A stretch of DNA of 57,130 nt, taken from a virus (taxonomy: Duplodnaviria > Caudoviricetes). The stretch spans positions 1 through 57,130 of IMG/VR virus record IMGVR_UViG_3300021961_000119; one strand, given 5' to 3'. The notes below the pieces were generated by a model. That model was not told where the DNA came from and made no database searches. It was given only the letters and a program-made list of their open reading frames with translations. Shown here in pieces: positions 6,936-15,274 of the stretch (position 1 is the stretch's first letter; each line of letters begins with the position of its first letter). The position numbers and the translations under genes are program-made.

Positions 6936-8028
6936 AAGCCCTCCAAAGTTCTAGAATTCGTCCCATTCGTGCCTCTTGCCCATACTGGGGCATGGAGTAC
7001 ACGTCTTTATATTCCGGTCCGAGACCGATCCAACGCACGAACGTGTTCGGCGTGCGCTCGATCGATTCGACGATGTCCTGCACCTCTTCCTCCGTCTTGC
7101 AGTAATTAACGAAGTTCAGGAAGATCTCCCGGGCACCATTATACTCTATCGCTTCCCCGATCTGCTTGCGACTGAATGTGAAAATGCGGCGCGGTAGCTT
7201 GGTGACGGTGGTAAGCTCCGTCTTTTGTCCGATCTCTTCAAACGTGATCTCCAACTGGTCGTCGTAGCACGGGCCGGAGTACCCGACTTGCGTGCCGTGT
7301 GTGTCGAATCGATTGGCCACCCGGATAGGGTAAGTGCGGCAAGTGCCGACGACTGTGATATCGGGCAAGTCCATCACTGTAGGCAACAGGTCGTGCGGAA
7401 TGCCGCAATCGGCAAGGATTTGCCACAGACTCACATCACGCGAAGTGGTGTAGGGGTAGAAGCCGTGGTACATCGAGAGTCCGTACCCTTGTGCACCCTC
7501 CACCAGCACGTGCTCGGCTTCGCGCAAGCACTGGCGGTACTTGGACACTGTGACCACGTACTTCGATAGCCCCTCACAATTCGCGGCTATGTTCATGTCG
7601 TCCGGGTCGCGCCGGATGCGCTGAATCATCGCGGCACCCACGCCTTTTTTGGTCGAACCGATCTTGGTCATCGGCCCGGCTTCTTCTTCGATGTGACGAT
7701 CCGTCACTACGGCGGCGTGCGGGTGAATCACGATGCGAACGCTCTTGAGCAAGTCCGCGCACGCGGCGATCTCTTCCAGCAATTGCACCGGGTTGATAAG
7801 TGAGCCGGGGCCGAGTAGCACCTGCTTGAGCATGGGCGACACGATGCTATTTGCAAGGTGCGTGTGAATGAACTTGCGTCCAGTCTTGCTGATGTACGTG
7901 TGCCCCGCATTGGGTGCCCACGCGGTGATCACCGTATCCGGTGCTTCGTCCTCCGCGATCTTGCCCACGATAAGCCCCTTACCGGTGCTCCCGTATTGCA
8001 AATCGACTACAACCTTAATCTTGTCCAT
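6901..8028 (-). CDS. purZ: N6-succino-2-amino-2'-deoxyadenylate synthase
   Basis: Adenylosuccinate-synthetase fold with DLQYGSTGKG (Ser for the PurA catalytic Asp), PNAGHT, EGAQG, YPYTTSR, TTVTKLPRR, NFVNY; start MDKIK behind TAGAGG. Confidence 0.95.
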   Translation of the reverse strand: MDKIKVVVDLQYGSTGKGLIVGKIAEDEAPDTVITAWAPNAGHTYISKTGRKFIHTHLANSIVSPMLKQVLLGPGSLINPVQLLEEIAACADLLKSVRIVIHPHAAVVTDRHIEEEAGPMTKIGSTKKGVGAAMIQRIRRDPDDMNIAANCEGLSKYVVTVSKYRQCLREAEHVLVEGAQGYGLSMYHGFYPYTTSRDVSLWQILADCGIPHDLLPTVMDLPDITVVGTCRTYPIRVANRFDTHGTQVGYSGPCYDDQLEITFEEIGQKTELTTVTKLPRRIFTFSRKQIGEAIEYNGAREIFLNFVNYCKTEEEVQDIVESIERTPNTFVRWIGLGPEYKDVYSMPQYGQEARMGRILELWRAYATGRINSTHG

Positions 8029-8033
8029 TACCT

Positions 8034-9869
8034 CTATCCTTTCGCTTCGTACCAGTCCTCGCCTATACCCCAGTCGCACGTGATCGGAACACGTAGATGA
8101 ATGGGGCACTCTACACCATCAAAGGTCGTGTAGATTCGTGCCACCTCTTGCGCTTTGTCGAGTGAGTCATTATCGAGCGATACGCCCACTTCGTCGTGTA
8201 CCGTCAGCAGTAGTCGCCCACAGCCTTCGGCGGTTAAATACTTGTGCAGTTCGATGAGCTTCTGCTTCATGCAGTCCGCGCTGGTGGCTTGGTAGATCAG
8301 CCCCGACGCCTTGTGCACGAATTGCCCGCCCGGAAAGCGAAGCCTCCGGCCCATCACTGAATGCACCGAACCACGTTCCTTGGCGATGTTACTCGCCTTC
8401 TGTGCGGTGTTGCGCATCCCGGGGTTCGCGGTGTGGTACTTGTCGAACAGTGCCATCGCCTCGGGTCCTGCCTTCAAGAACACATTGCCACTGGGTCCCA
8501 CTTCTTCGGTGTAGGGCAGTCCACACTCCTGCGCTAGCCGCCCGGACCCCATATTGAACGCCAGCCCGAGGTTAATCGCTTTCGAAGACGGGCCACCTGC
8601 GTACTGAGCGTTCCGGGGTATGCCGGTGAGATCAGACACCAACTGGTGAAAGTCCAGATCGGGGTTTGCACGATAGGCCTCAAGAATCGCGGGAACTTGA
8701 CCGTAATGGTTAGCCACTCGGAATTCAAATTGTGACCAATCCAGCCCCATCCATTTAGCACCCACATCAGCCTTGAAAATCGGCCGGATAAGCGATTTGA
8801 TGGCAACGTCTCGCGATGGTATCTGCTGGAGAGCGGGATTGGTAACTGATAGACGTCCAGTGCCAGTTCCCGCCTCAGCGTCGTTTTTAGTCTGGTTATA
8901 ATTGCAGTGAATGATGCCATCGTGTTCGTGCCCCAAGATGTGACCCGACAGGAAAGTGTCCCGGGTCTTGAGCATTTTGCGCAAGTCGAGAATCATCTTC
9001 GCGGCGGGGTGCTTCATGCGTCGCAAGCAGTCGGCGTTGATCGAGGCCTTACCGCCGTCGGTCTTGTCCGCCTTCGTGCCGTCGATCAGGTACCACTCGT
9101 TATCGTCCGCGAGTGTCGGCTTGAACAGATCCGCGATCGATCCGGAGGGGTTCGGGTTGACCTCAAAACCGGCCAAGCTATTCAGATCCCTCTGCATATT
9201 GTCAACGCGCACGGTGAGGTCACGGACGGCCTTCTCAGCCAGCCCCACGTCCACCCGCACACCCTGCTCTTCCATATCCATGATCACGGGCATCAAATCG
9301 CGCTCGAGCCGGTGGACTTGGGCGAGATTCTGCGTCCGCATCTGCTCCTCTTGCCAGTCGTACAGTGCTAGCGTGACCACGGCGTCCTGAATAGCATATT
9401 TCGACACCATGCTGATCGGGGCACGCGAAATGTTCGGCATCTGCGCATTCCGAGTCGAACGGCCACCGAAGAGTCGCGCCATCTCCTCGTAGATCTCGTC
9501 GTCCTTTTTCATGCCGCAGTATTTGCGGGCGAGGAAGTCGAGGGCGTAGGTGGGTTCGTGTTCCGAGATCAGTGCGGCACGGGTCATCGTGCAGTCGATT
9601 CGGTCAAGGGGGATCGCTACACCAGCTTCCCGGAGAAAGTGGAGATCGAATTTGAGATTGTGACCGACCCACAGATCGACACGTTTCTCGTCGATGAGGT
9701 CGTTGAGCCACTTGATAACATGAGGGTCGGACCGTACATCCCAGTACCCCGAGAACCCGGGGAGCGCGATGGAGATGCCGAACAGCTTGTCGGCCCACCA
9801 TTTCAGCCCCGTGGTCTCGGTGTCTATGACCACCACCGGAGCGTGGTCAATGCGTGGGAATTCGGTCAT
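8034..9869 (-). CDS. dpoZ: Family A DNA polymerase with 3'-5' exonuclease, DpoZ-like
   Basis: Exo motifs DTETTG, HNLKFD, YAIQD; Pol motifs DWSQFEFR, KAINLGLAF, TVHDE; directly upstream of purZ. Confidence 0.88.
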   Translation of the reverse strand: MTEFPRIDHAPVVVIDTETTGLKWWADKLFGISIALPGFSGYWDVRSDPHVIKWLNDLIDEKRVDLWVGHNLKFDLHFLREAGVAIPLDRIDCTMTRAALISEHEPTYALDFLARKYCGMKKDDEIYEEMARLFGGRSTRNAQMPNISRAPISMVSKYAIQDAVVTLALYDWQEEQMRTQNLAQVHRLERDLMPVIMDMEEQGVRVDVGLAEKAVRDLTVRVDNMQRDLNSLAGFEVNPNPSGSIADLFKPTLADDNEWYLIDGTKADKTDGGKASINADCLRRMKHPAAKMILDLRKMLKTRDTFLSGHILGHEHDGIIHCNYNQTKNDAEAGTGTGRLSVTNPALQQIPSRDVAIKSLIRPIFKADVGAKWMGLDWSQFEFRVANHYGQVPAILEAYRANPDLDFHQLVSDLTGIPRNAQYAGGPSSKAINLGLAFNMGSGRLAQECGLPYTEEVGPSGNVFLKAGPEAMALFDKYHTANPGMRNTAQKASNIAKERGSVHSVMGRRLRFPGGQFVHKASGLIYQATSADCMKQKLIELHKYLTAEGCGRLLLTVHDEVGVSLDNDSLDKAQEVARIYTTFDGVECPIHLRVPITCDWGIGEDWYEAKG

Positions 9870-10126
9870 CAGAACGGAATGTCGTCAGACACGAAGTTCG
9901 AATCGCTGGCTGGTCGGCCAGTAGAACCGCCTTCTTTGCGGGTAAGCTTAATGGAGAAGTACTTTTTGCCCTCTAGCTTGCCGCCGGGCTTGCCCTCGTT
10001 AACCCACGCGGAGAGCCAAAAATCCGTGCCCTCAACGTTGATCGAACCGGTGAATTCCGGGTGCTTGTCGGTGTCGCGACGCTCGTTACGAGCCATCATA
10101 CCGGAGTTAGTATTGTCGTATGCCAT
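9869..10126 (-). CDS. Small SSB-like protein (85 aa)
   Basis: beta-rich core with SSB-type acidic DDIPF tail; TGATG coupling to the polymerase. Confidence 0.7.
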   Translation of the reverse strand: MAYDNTNSGMMARNERRDTDKHPEFTGSINVEGTDFWLSAWVNEGKPGGKLEGKKYFSIKLTRKEGGSTGRPASDSNFVSDDIPF

Positions 10127-10162
10127 CTGAATGTCCTCTATCTGTTGGTTAATGAAGTGATT

Positions 10163-10191
10163 ATTATACCACCCGCGCTACTGTCTGTCAA
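10163..10191 (-). promoter_or_regulatory. sigma70-type promoter of the Z operon
   Basis: TTGACA-N17-TATAAT with TG extension, then ATAGAGGACA RBS. Confidence 0.85.
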
Positions 10192-10194
10192 CTG

Positions 10195-11610
10195 TCACAG
10201 TTTGTAGCCATTGTGTCCCTCTACTATATCTAGCACTCGCTTGGAGCGGGTCATCCCGACGTAGAACACTCGGACCTCGTCGTCCGGTGATTTCTCGGCA
10301 GTCTGCTGTACTCGCGTGGTCATGTCGGTGAGAAGAATGACTCGATCCGCCTCATGACCCTTTGCCGCATGGATCGTAGAGAGTCGAATAGTAGGCTCAG
10401 TATCGAGATCGGCGTCGGTGTAGAAATCCACGACTCGGCCGGGGATTTGGAGAGCGACGTAGAACGGGGTGCGACCAAGAGTGGCGAGGTCGCCCGCTTC
10501 AAGAAGCCTGCGAGTCTCAGCGCTGGAAATGGTGAATATTGCATTTCGCTCCCCCTCCGTGACTCGCTCGCCTCGGCCAAGCTTGCGGAACGCCCGGATA
10601 CCGGAGGCATAACGATTTTGATAAAGCCCGGGGCGACCCGACTCTCTAGTGTATGGGATGCGCTGTTCGATAAGTGATTGTTCAACTTCGCGGAGGACTG
10701 AATGTGTCCGTCCCAATAATAGTATATCTTCCCCGTGGGTGATTTCCACCGAGTTGATCGATCCGTGTACTCGGACCAGTCCCACATCTGCTTTGGGACT
10801 AAACTCCTTATCCACGCGGAGTGCGACTCGACGGATGAGGTCTTGAGATCGTGCGTGGACTGAAGCAGGAAGTCGATGCGAGTGCGAGAGCACACGGCTA
10901 TCACCCTTATGCTTTTGTGTAAATCTTGCCATACCGTGTACATCCGCACCGGCCCATGTATAAATCGCCTGATCGTCGTCCCCAGCGATATGCACTTCGT
11001 GAGAACGTCTGACGAGCTTCTCGATGACAGCCCACTGAAGAGGTGATAGGTCTTGAGCTTCGTCGACAAATACAACCTCTGCGTCTGCTCGCACTGCGCC
11101 CCGGGCGGCACGTTCAAGCATATCGGTGAAGTCGTAATAGCCGTACGTAGATTTCCAATCAGCGTATGCCCGAACGAACGCATTGAACTCGGCCCGAGTA
11201 CCCGGCCGGTCCGAGATGTCGTAAACTTCTGCCGGATTGGAAAAGGTGTTCCGGGCATAATTGAGTAGGTCAAGGTAGAAGTCTCCATCAGCACGCTCCT
11301 CATCATCTTCCGGGGATTTGCCAATAATCGGTATCCCCATAACTGTTGAAAATTCGCGAAGCTTCATCGCGTCCACGACTTGCGTCTGCCGCAAGCCCAT
11401 GTGACGGAAGGCCATCGCGTGAATGGTGGACACATTGTCCGAACGCTTGAGGCCCAGCCGGGAGAGTGCCTCGGAAGCCGCCGCACGGGTAAAAGAAACG
11501 AAAGCCACGCGTTCGGCTTGAACGCCCGAATCCCTAGTCTCTTTTACTCGCCGCAGTAGCTCCGTGGTCTTGCCAGTCCCGGGGGGTCCGTAGATGGCGT
11601 TAACTTGCAT
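10195..11610 (-). CDS. UvrD/Rep-like SF1 helicase
   Basis: GPPGTGKT, SFTRAA, VDEAQD, GDDDQAIY, STIHAAKGHE, FYVGMTR; start MQVNAIY with TAATG overlap. Confidence 0.92.
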   Translation of the reverse strand: MQVNAIYGPPGTGKTTELLRRVKETRDSGVQAERVAFVSFTRAAASEALSRLGLKRSDNVSTIHAMAFRHMGLRQTQVVDAMKLREFSTVMGIPIIGKSPEDDEERADGDFYLDLLNYARNTFSNPAEVYDISDRPGTRAEFNAFVRAYADWKSTYGYYDFTDMLERAARGAVRADAEVVFVDEAQDLSPLQWAVIEKLVRRSHEVHIAGDDDQAIYTWAGADVHGMARFTQKHKGDSRVLSHSHRLPASVHARSQDLIRRVALRVDKEFSPKADVGLVRVHGSINSVEITHGEDILLLGRTHSVLREVEQSLIEQRIPYTRESGRPGLYQNRYASGIRAFRKLGRGERVTEGERNAIFTISSAETRRLLEAGDLATLGRTPFYVALQIPGRVVDFYTDADLDTEPTIRLSTIHAAKGHEADRVILLTDMTTRVQQTAEKSPDDEVRVFYVGMTRSKRVLDIVEGHNGYKL

Positions 11611-11882
11611 TAGCCGCGATGCTTCACTGCACGCACCGCCCACATCTGAGCTGTGACCGTGTGAGCGATCGCTGTGGTGAACATCTCTTGCACTTCACCG
11701 TCGTGGTAGACGTCGCGCAGTGTACGCAGATAGGTGACAGTCGTGTCGAAGGATTGATTTATCGAGCGAATTCGACGCTCTTCGTCATTCTCGTCCTGCG
11801 GGATGGGCATCGTAGACACAACCTCTTTAAATTCCGCGAGAACGTCTTCGGCTGGCGTCTCGACTTGCTTCTTGGTAGCCAT
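11610..11882 (-). CDS. Helical-hairpin protein, possible Acb2/Tad1-like nucleotide-signal sponge
   Basis: Two long helices ending TTAIAHTVTAQMWAVRAV. Confidence 0.5.
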   Translation of the reverse strand: MATKKQVETPAEDVLAEFKEVVSTMPIPQDENDEERRIRSINQSFDTTVTYLRTLRDVYHDGEVQEMFTTAIAHTVTAQMWAVRAVKHRG

Positions 11883-11896
11883 AATAGTCCTTTAGT

Positions 11897-11912
11897 GGGG
11901 GCCGAAGCCCCC
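11897..11912 (-). terminator. UUCG hairpin (weak terminator or stability element)
   Basis: GGGGGC-TTCG-GCCCCC, same stem-loop as at 1226-1241 but no U tract. Confidence 0.45.
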
Positions 11913-11920
11913 GTGGTTGA

Positions 11921-12664
11921 TCAATACTCGGATTCTGCGACTTCAGTCACTTCACCGTCGTAGTCGTTCGAGACCTTAACGCCACCGGAACGGATCGTTT
12001 CGTACAGCTTCTCGGCACGCTCGTACAGCTCCTTGTTCACGAACCCGAGGGCCGCAACGTTGAAGTTAAAGTAGCTCTCGTTCCGTGCATTGGTCTCGGT
12101 CGTGGCCGACAGCTTGTAGGCGCGGCTGAACGAGTCTGTGTTGGTCAGTCGCATCAACGAATTCCAACGCTTGGATACCTTGATCTTAGACTTGGCCATC
12201 GAGATCACCGCTTCTTGCCAGTCGTCGCCATTGCGCACCAACACGAAGTGTTGAGCCGTATCGGACACCTCCAACGCTTCTTCGGCTAAATCCGCGATAG
12301 CACGGTCAGCCAGTTCTTTAGTAGCGAACGCTCCACGGAAGCCGTTACTGCCACCACCACCCGCTTTGCGGTCTTTCCACACGAGGAACTGCTTCGTGTA
12401 GTACACCGGCACCACAGTGACTTCAGTGCCGTACAGCGTGCGAGTGACGTTATTGTACAGCATGCCCTCTTCTGCGCCGTCGATGTAGGCGGGGTCGCTT
12501 TTCTTGCGCACTGGGGACAATGCTTGGATCAGCTCAATGCGAGGAATGATCATGTCGTCAGTGCCGACATTCTCCGCGCCTCGGTTACCTTGCTTTAAGA
12601 AATCCGGAATCTCGTTAGTCACAAGTTCGAACTCTTCTTTTACTGCTACTTGATTTTTAGCCAT
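11921..12664 (-). CDS. Putative phage ssDNA-binding protein
   Basis: IPRIELIQALSP motif, beta-rich body, acidic aromatic-ended tail; replication context. Confidence 0.6.
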   Translation of the reverse strand: MAKNQVAVKEEFELVTNEIPDFLKQGNRGAENVGTDDMIIPRIELIQALSPVRKKSDPAYIDGAEEGMLYNNVTRTLYGTEVTVVPVYYTKQFLVWKDRKAGGGGSNGFRGAFATKELADRAIADLAEEALEVSDTAQHFVLVRNGDDWQEAVISMAKSKIKVSKRWNSLMRLTNTDSFSRAYKLSATTETNARNESYFNFNVAALGFVNKELYERAEKLYETIRSGGVKVSNDYDGEVTEVAESEY

Positions 12665-12722
12665 TACTAGCTCCTAGTTACATGCACGCATCGCGTGCGG
12701 GATATCCGGCACCATTGCCGAA

Positions 12723-13160
12723 TCAGGTTCGCGTGATCGAAGCACGCGTAAAAGGTGACACGTTCAGAAGAGTATCCGGCACTTCTTCGCCTTCGCGGAA
12801 CATCTTCTTCACTGCCGCCTTTAGTGTAGACGGGTTAATATTCTCTTGCAGGAGGTCGCCACGACCATTGTCGCGAAGCCACGTAAAGAATTCGGGCTTC
12901 TGGTCCGCTTTCACTGATACGTGCATATCCGCCGTGAGTGATACCCGGCCTATACCGGTCACATTAATGCGGTCCACGCCGTCCTCTTCCATCTTGCTCG
13001 GGATCTTCGTGATGCGCAGGAAGTCGAACTCCCGGTTAATCAGCTTGAGCTGGTCTTCCAGTGCCTCTTTGCGATTCTGCATGGTAGACATAGCGTGCAC
13101 CAGCTCGACTAACGGCATCGAGTCGTACTTCTTGAATTCGTTCTCTATTTCAATAGACAT
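12723..13160 (-). CDS. Replication-module hypothetical protein (145 aa)
   Basis: IPSKMEEDG...WLRDNGRGDL...NPSTLKA pattern typical of genes next to phage SSB/SNF2 genes. Confidence 0.75.
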   Translation of the reverse strand: MSIEIENEFKKYDSMPLVELVHAMSTMQNRKEALEDQLKLINREFDFLRITKIPSKMEEDGVDRINVTGIGRVSLTADMHVSVKADQKPEFFTWLRDNGRGDLLQENINPSTLKAAVKKMFREGEEVPDTLLNVSPFTRASITRT

Positions 13161-13491
13161 TCTTCTCTCCCTTTACTCCGATTCGGATCGCTGTGTATTG
13201 CCTGTCGCGGTTGTTCCACTTGAGGATATTGAAGGTGTCTCCTTTTTCTCGAGCCATCGCAAATACCAACCCCGCGACGATAGGACTTCCACTGGGGGCG
13301 ATGAAGTCGATGGTGGGGTCGTATTTATCGAATCTACTTCGGATGAAGGAGATGAGCTTTTGATTGTGGAGGGAATCCGGGACATTCGACACCTCGCTGG
13401 TGGAAAGGAATACGGGTTCGCCGAAGCGTTCCACATCCTGATAATTGGCTGTCGTCACTTCTTGAGTCACGAATACTACGGGTTTTTGCAT
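13150..13491 (-). CDS. Hypothetical alpha/beta protein (113 aa)
   Basis: ATAGAGGA RBS; overlaps the downstream gene. Confidence 0.75.
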   Translation of the reverse strand: MQKPVVFVTQEVTTANYQDVERFGEPVFLSTSEVSNVPDSLHNQKLISFIRSRFDKYDPTIDFIAPSGSPIVAGLVFAMAREKGDTFNILKWNNRDRQYTAIRIGVKGEKNVY

Positions 13492-13523
13492 ACTTCCTCT
13501 ATGTTCTAATCTCTATGTATCCT

Positions 13524-13552
13524 ATTATACACTACGCGAGCGTTCCTAGCAA
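13524..13552 (-). promoter_or_regulatory. Probable sigma70-type promoter
   Basis: TTGCTA-N17-TATAAT. Confidence 0.55.
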
Positions 13553-15274
13553 GTTCCGATCGTTTCGGTCGTTGATGCTCGTCCGCACGAATTCACTCAC
13601 GTCTTTTTTCTCTCGCAACGCTTGTGTGACGGCCGCATCTACGGTGCCCTCGGCGATAATGTCGATGTAGGTCACACTCCGCGTCTGCCCAATTCGGTGC
13701 GCACGGTCCTCGGATTGCTCGCGATCAGTGAAAGAGAACGAATTCGAGTAGTACACCACCAATTCTGCACGGGTCATGTTAAGACCCACACCGCCGGTGG
13801 CCGCATTGCCCACAAGGAATCGCGCTTTGCCAGTTTGGAATAAGTTCTGCACGTTATGGTCGCGGTCGTTCTCGGAAATGCCGCCATGAATCTCCACCAC
13901 AGCGTCGTGGCCGTACCTTTCGCGTAGGGCCTCGCACACCATCCGGATTTCCTCGATGAACCGACACCACACGATCGTGCTGGCGTCGTTCTCCTCGGCT
14001 ACAGCGAGTAGCTCCTCGACTTTCGGGTTCTTTCCTGCAATGCGATTATGCGTGAACTTCGCCGCGTCGTAAAGGTCGGGGTTGCGCTCGAAGGTGATAA
14101 TACCCCCGGCGATCTCTTGAAGCCGGAGCATTCGCTCGAGCACTGTCTTGACGGTGATTCCTTGATCTCCAGATACCGTCTTGTCACGTTTAGCAATGTC
14201 TTTATATAGTCGTTTTTGTTCATCTGTTAGCTGGACCTCGCGGGTCTGGTACACTTTTGGTGGTAGCTCCGTCAGCACCTCGGACTTGCGAACTTGGTAG
14301 ATGAACGGAGAGATCAGCTCGATAAGCTCTGCCATATTTTGGTAGCCTACCACCTGTCGATCCTCGTACCCGCCCATGATCGCGTACCGATTGCGGAAAG
14401 AGTAAAAATCCCCGATCCCGATTATGTTCGGGTCGAGGAACTCGAATTGCATGAAGATGTCCATGGGGCCGTTCGCCACTGGCGTTCCCGTCATGATCAC
14501 TTTGTAATTCGCGGATTTCCCCAGCTTCACGCAATTCTTACTGCGTACCGCCGAGTGATTCTTGATCATGTGCGCTTCGTCCACGATCATGCCGACACGG
14601 GTGCTACAGTCCACGAACTTCTGCGCAAGATGCACCGCACCACCGGCCGCAAGGGACTCGGTGCCGACGATCAGGAACTTCAGACGGCCATCGGTCGTGG
14701 TGTTCCACTCCTCGAACGCCTTGGGCTTGCCGGTGTCAAGAATTAGCGTGTCGCACTCCATCGGGCAGTGGATAATCACCTCGCGCTCCCAGTTCTTGCG
14801 TGTGCTGAACTTGGTGACGATCAGCACCCGGTCCACCTTAGCGTCCATGAAGTACGCGGCAAAGAGGTCGAGCGAAGTCTTGGTCTTGCCCGTGCCCATG
14901 TCCATGTAGAACGCGAATGTGCTCTTGTTCCACGCATGGTCGAGGCCCTTGAGCTGGTACGGCCGTGGCGTAGTCTTGAACGTGTAGACCGGCGGAAATG
15001 CCGCTACTTGATTCGTATGTACGCGCTCGATAGTCGTAGTTGCAACCGTGCGAGCATCGTCTGTAAATGTGTCAGCATCAAAATTACCCAGCAGGAACTC
15101 GCTATTAGCCCGAAGAGCAGGAGCTGTCCACACGCGGCGACGAGAATCCCAACGCCGATTGGGAATGCGGCGAATTTTGTCCACCATCCACGGCGGCGAG
15201 TGGATGACGAATCGGCTGGTCTTTGCATCGTAGGCAATCTGCACTTTAGAATTCTGATCGGAACTTGGGTTCAT
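13532..15274 (-). CDS. SNF2-like SF2 helicase
   Basis: MDMGTGKT, VDEAH, MTGTP, GGVGLN, QSEDRAHRIGQ. Confidence 0.93.
   Translation of the reverse strand: MNPSSDQNSKVQIAYDAKTSRFVIHSPPWMVDKIRRIPNRRWDSRRRVWTAPALRANSEFLLGNFDADTFTDDARTVATTTIERVHTNQVAAFPPVYTFKTTPRPYQLKGLDHAWNKSTFAFYMDMGTGKTKTSLDLFAAYFMDAKVDRVLIVTKFSTRKNWEREVIIHCPMECDTLILDTGKPKAFEEWNTTTDGRLKFLIVGTESLAAGGAVHLAQKFVDCSTRVGMIVDEAHMIKNHSAVRSKNCVKLGKSANYKVIMTGTPVANGPMDIFMQFEFLDPNIIGIGDFYSFRNRYAIMGGYEDRQVVGYQNMAELIELISPFIYQVRKSEVLTELPPKVYQTREVQLTDEQKRLYKDIAKRDKTVSGDQGITVKTVLERMLRLQEIAGGIITFERNPDLYDAAKFTHNRIAGKNPKVEELLAVAEENDASTIVWCRFIEEIRMVCEALRERYGHDAVVEIHGGISENDRDHNVQNLFQTGKARFLVGNAATGGVGLNMTRAELVVYYSNSFSFTDREQSEDRAHRIGQTRSVTYIDIIAEGTVDAAVTQALREKKDVSEFVRTSINDRNDRNLLGTLA

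Noticed and set aside
6901-8028. Ordinary adenylosuccinate synthetase (purA) as an auxiliary metabolic gene
   Set aside because: Catalytic Asp is replaced by Ser, the GTP-specificity motif is altered, and the neighbours are datZ, mazZ and polA
10320-11324. 334-aa alternative-frame ORF inside the UvrD-like gene
   Set aside because: Ser/Arg-rich with no recognisable motif; fully nested in a conserved helicase
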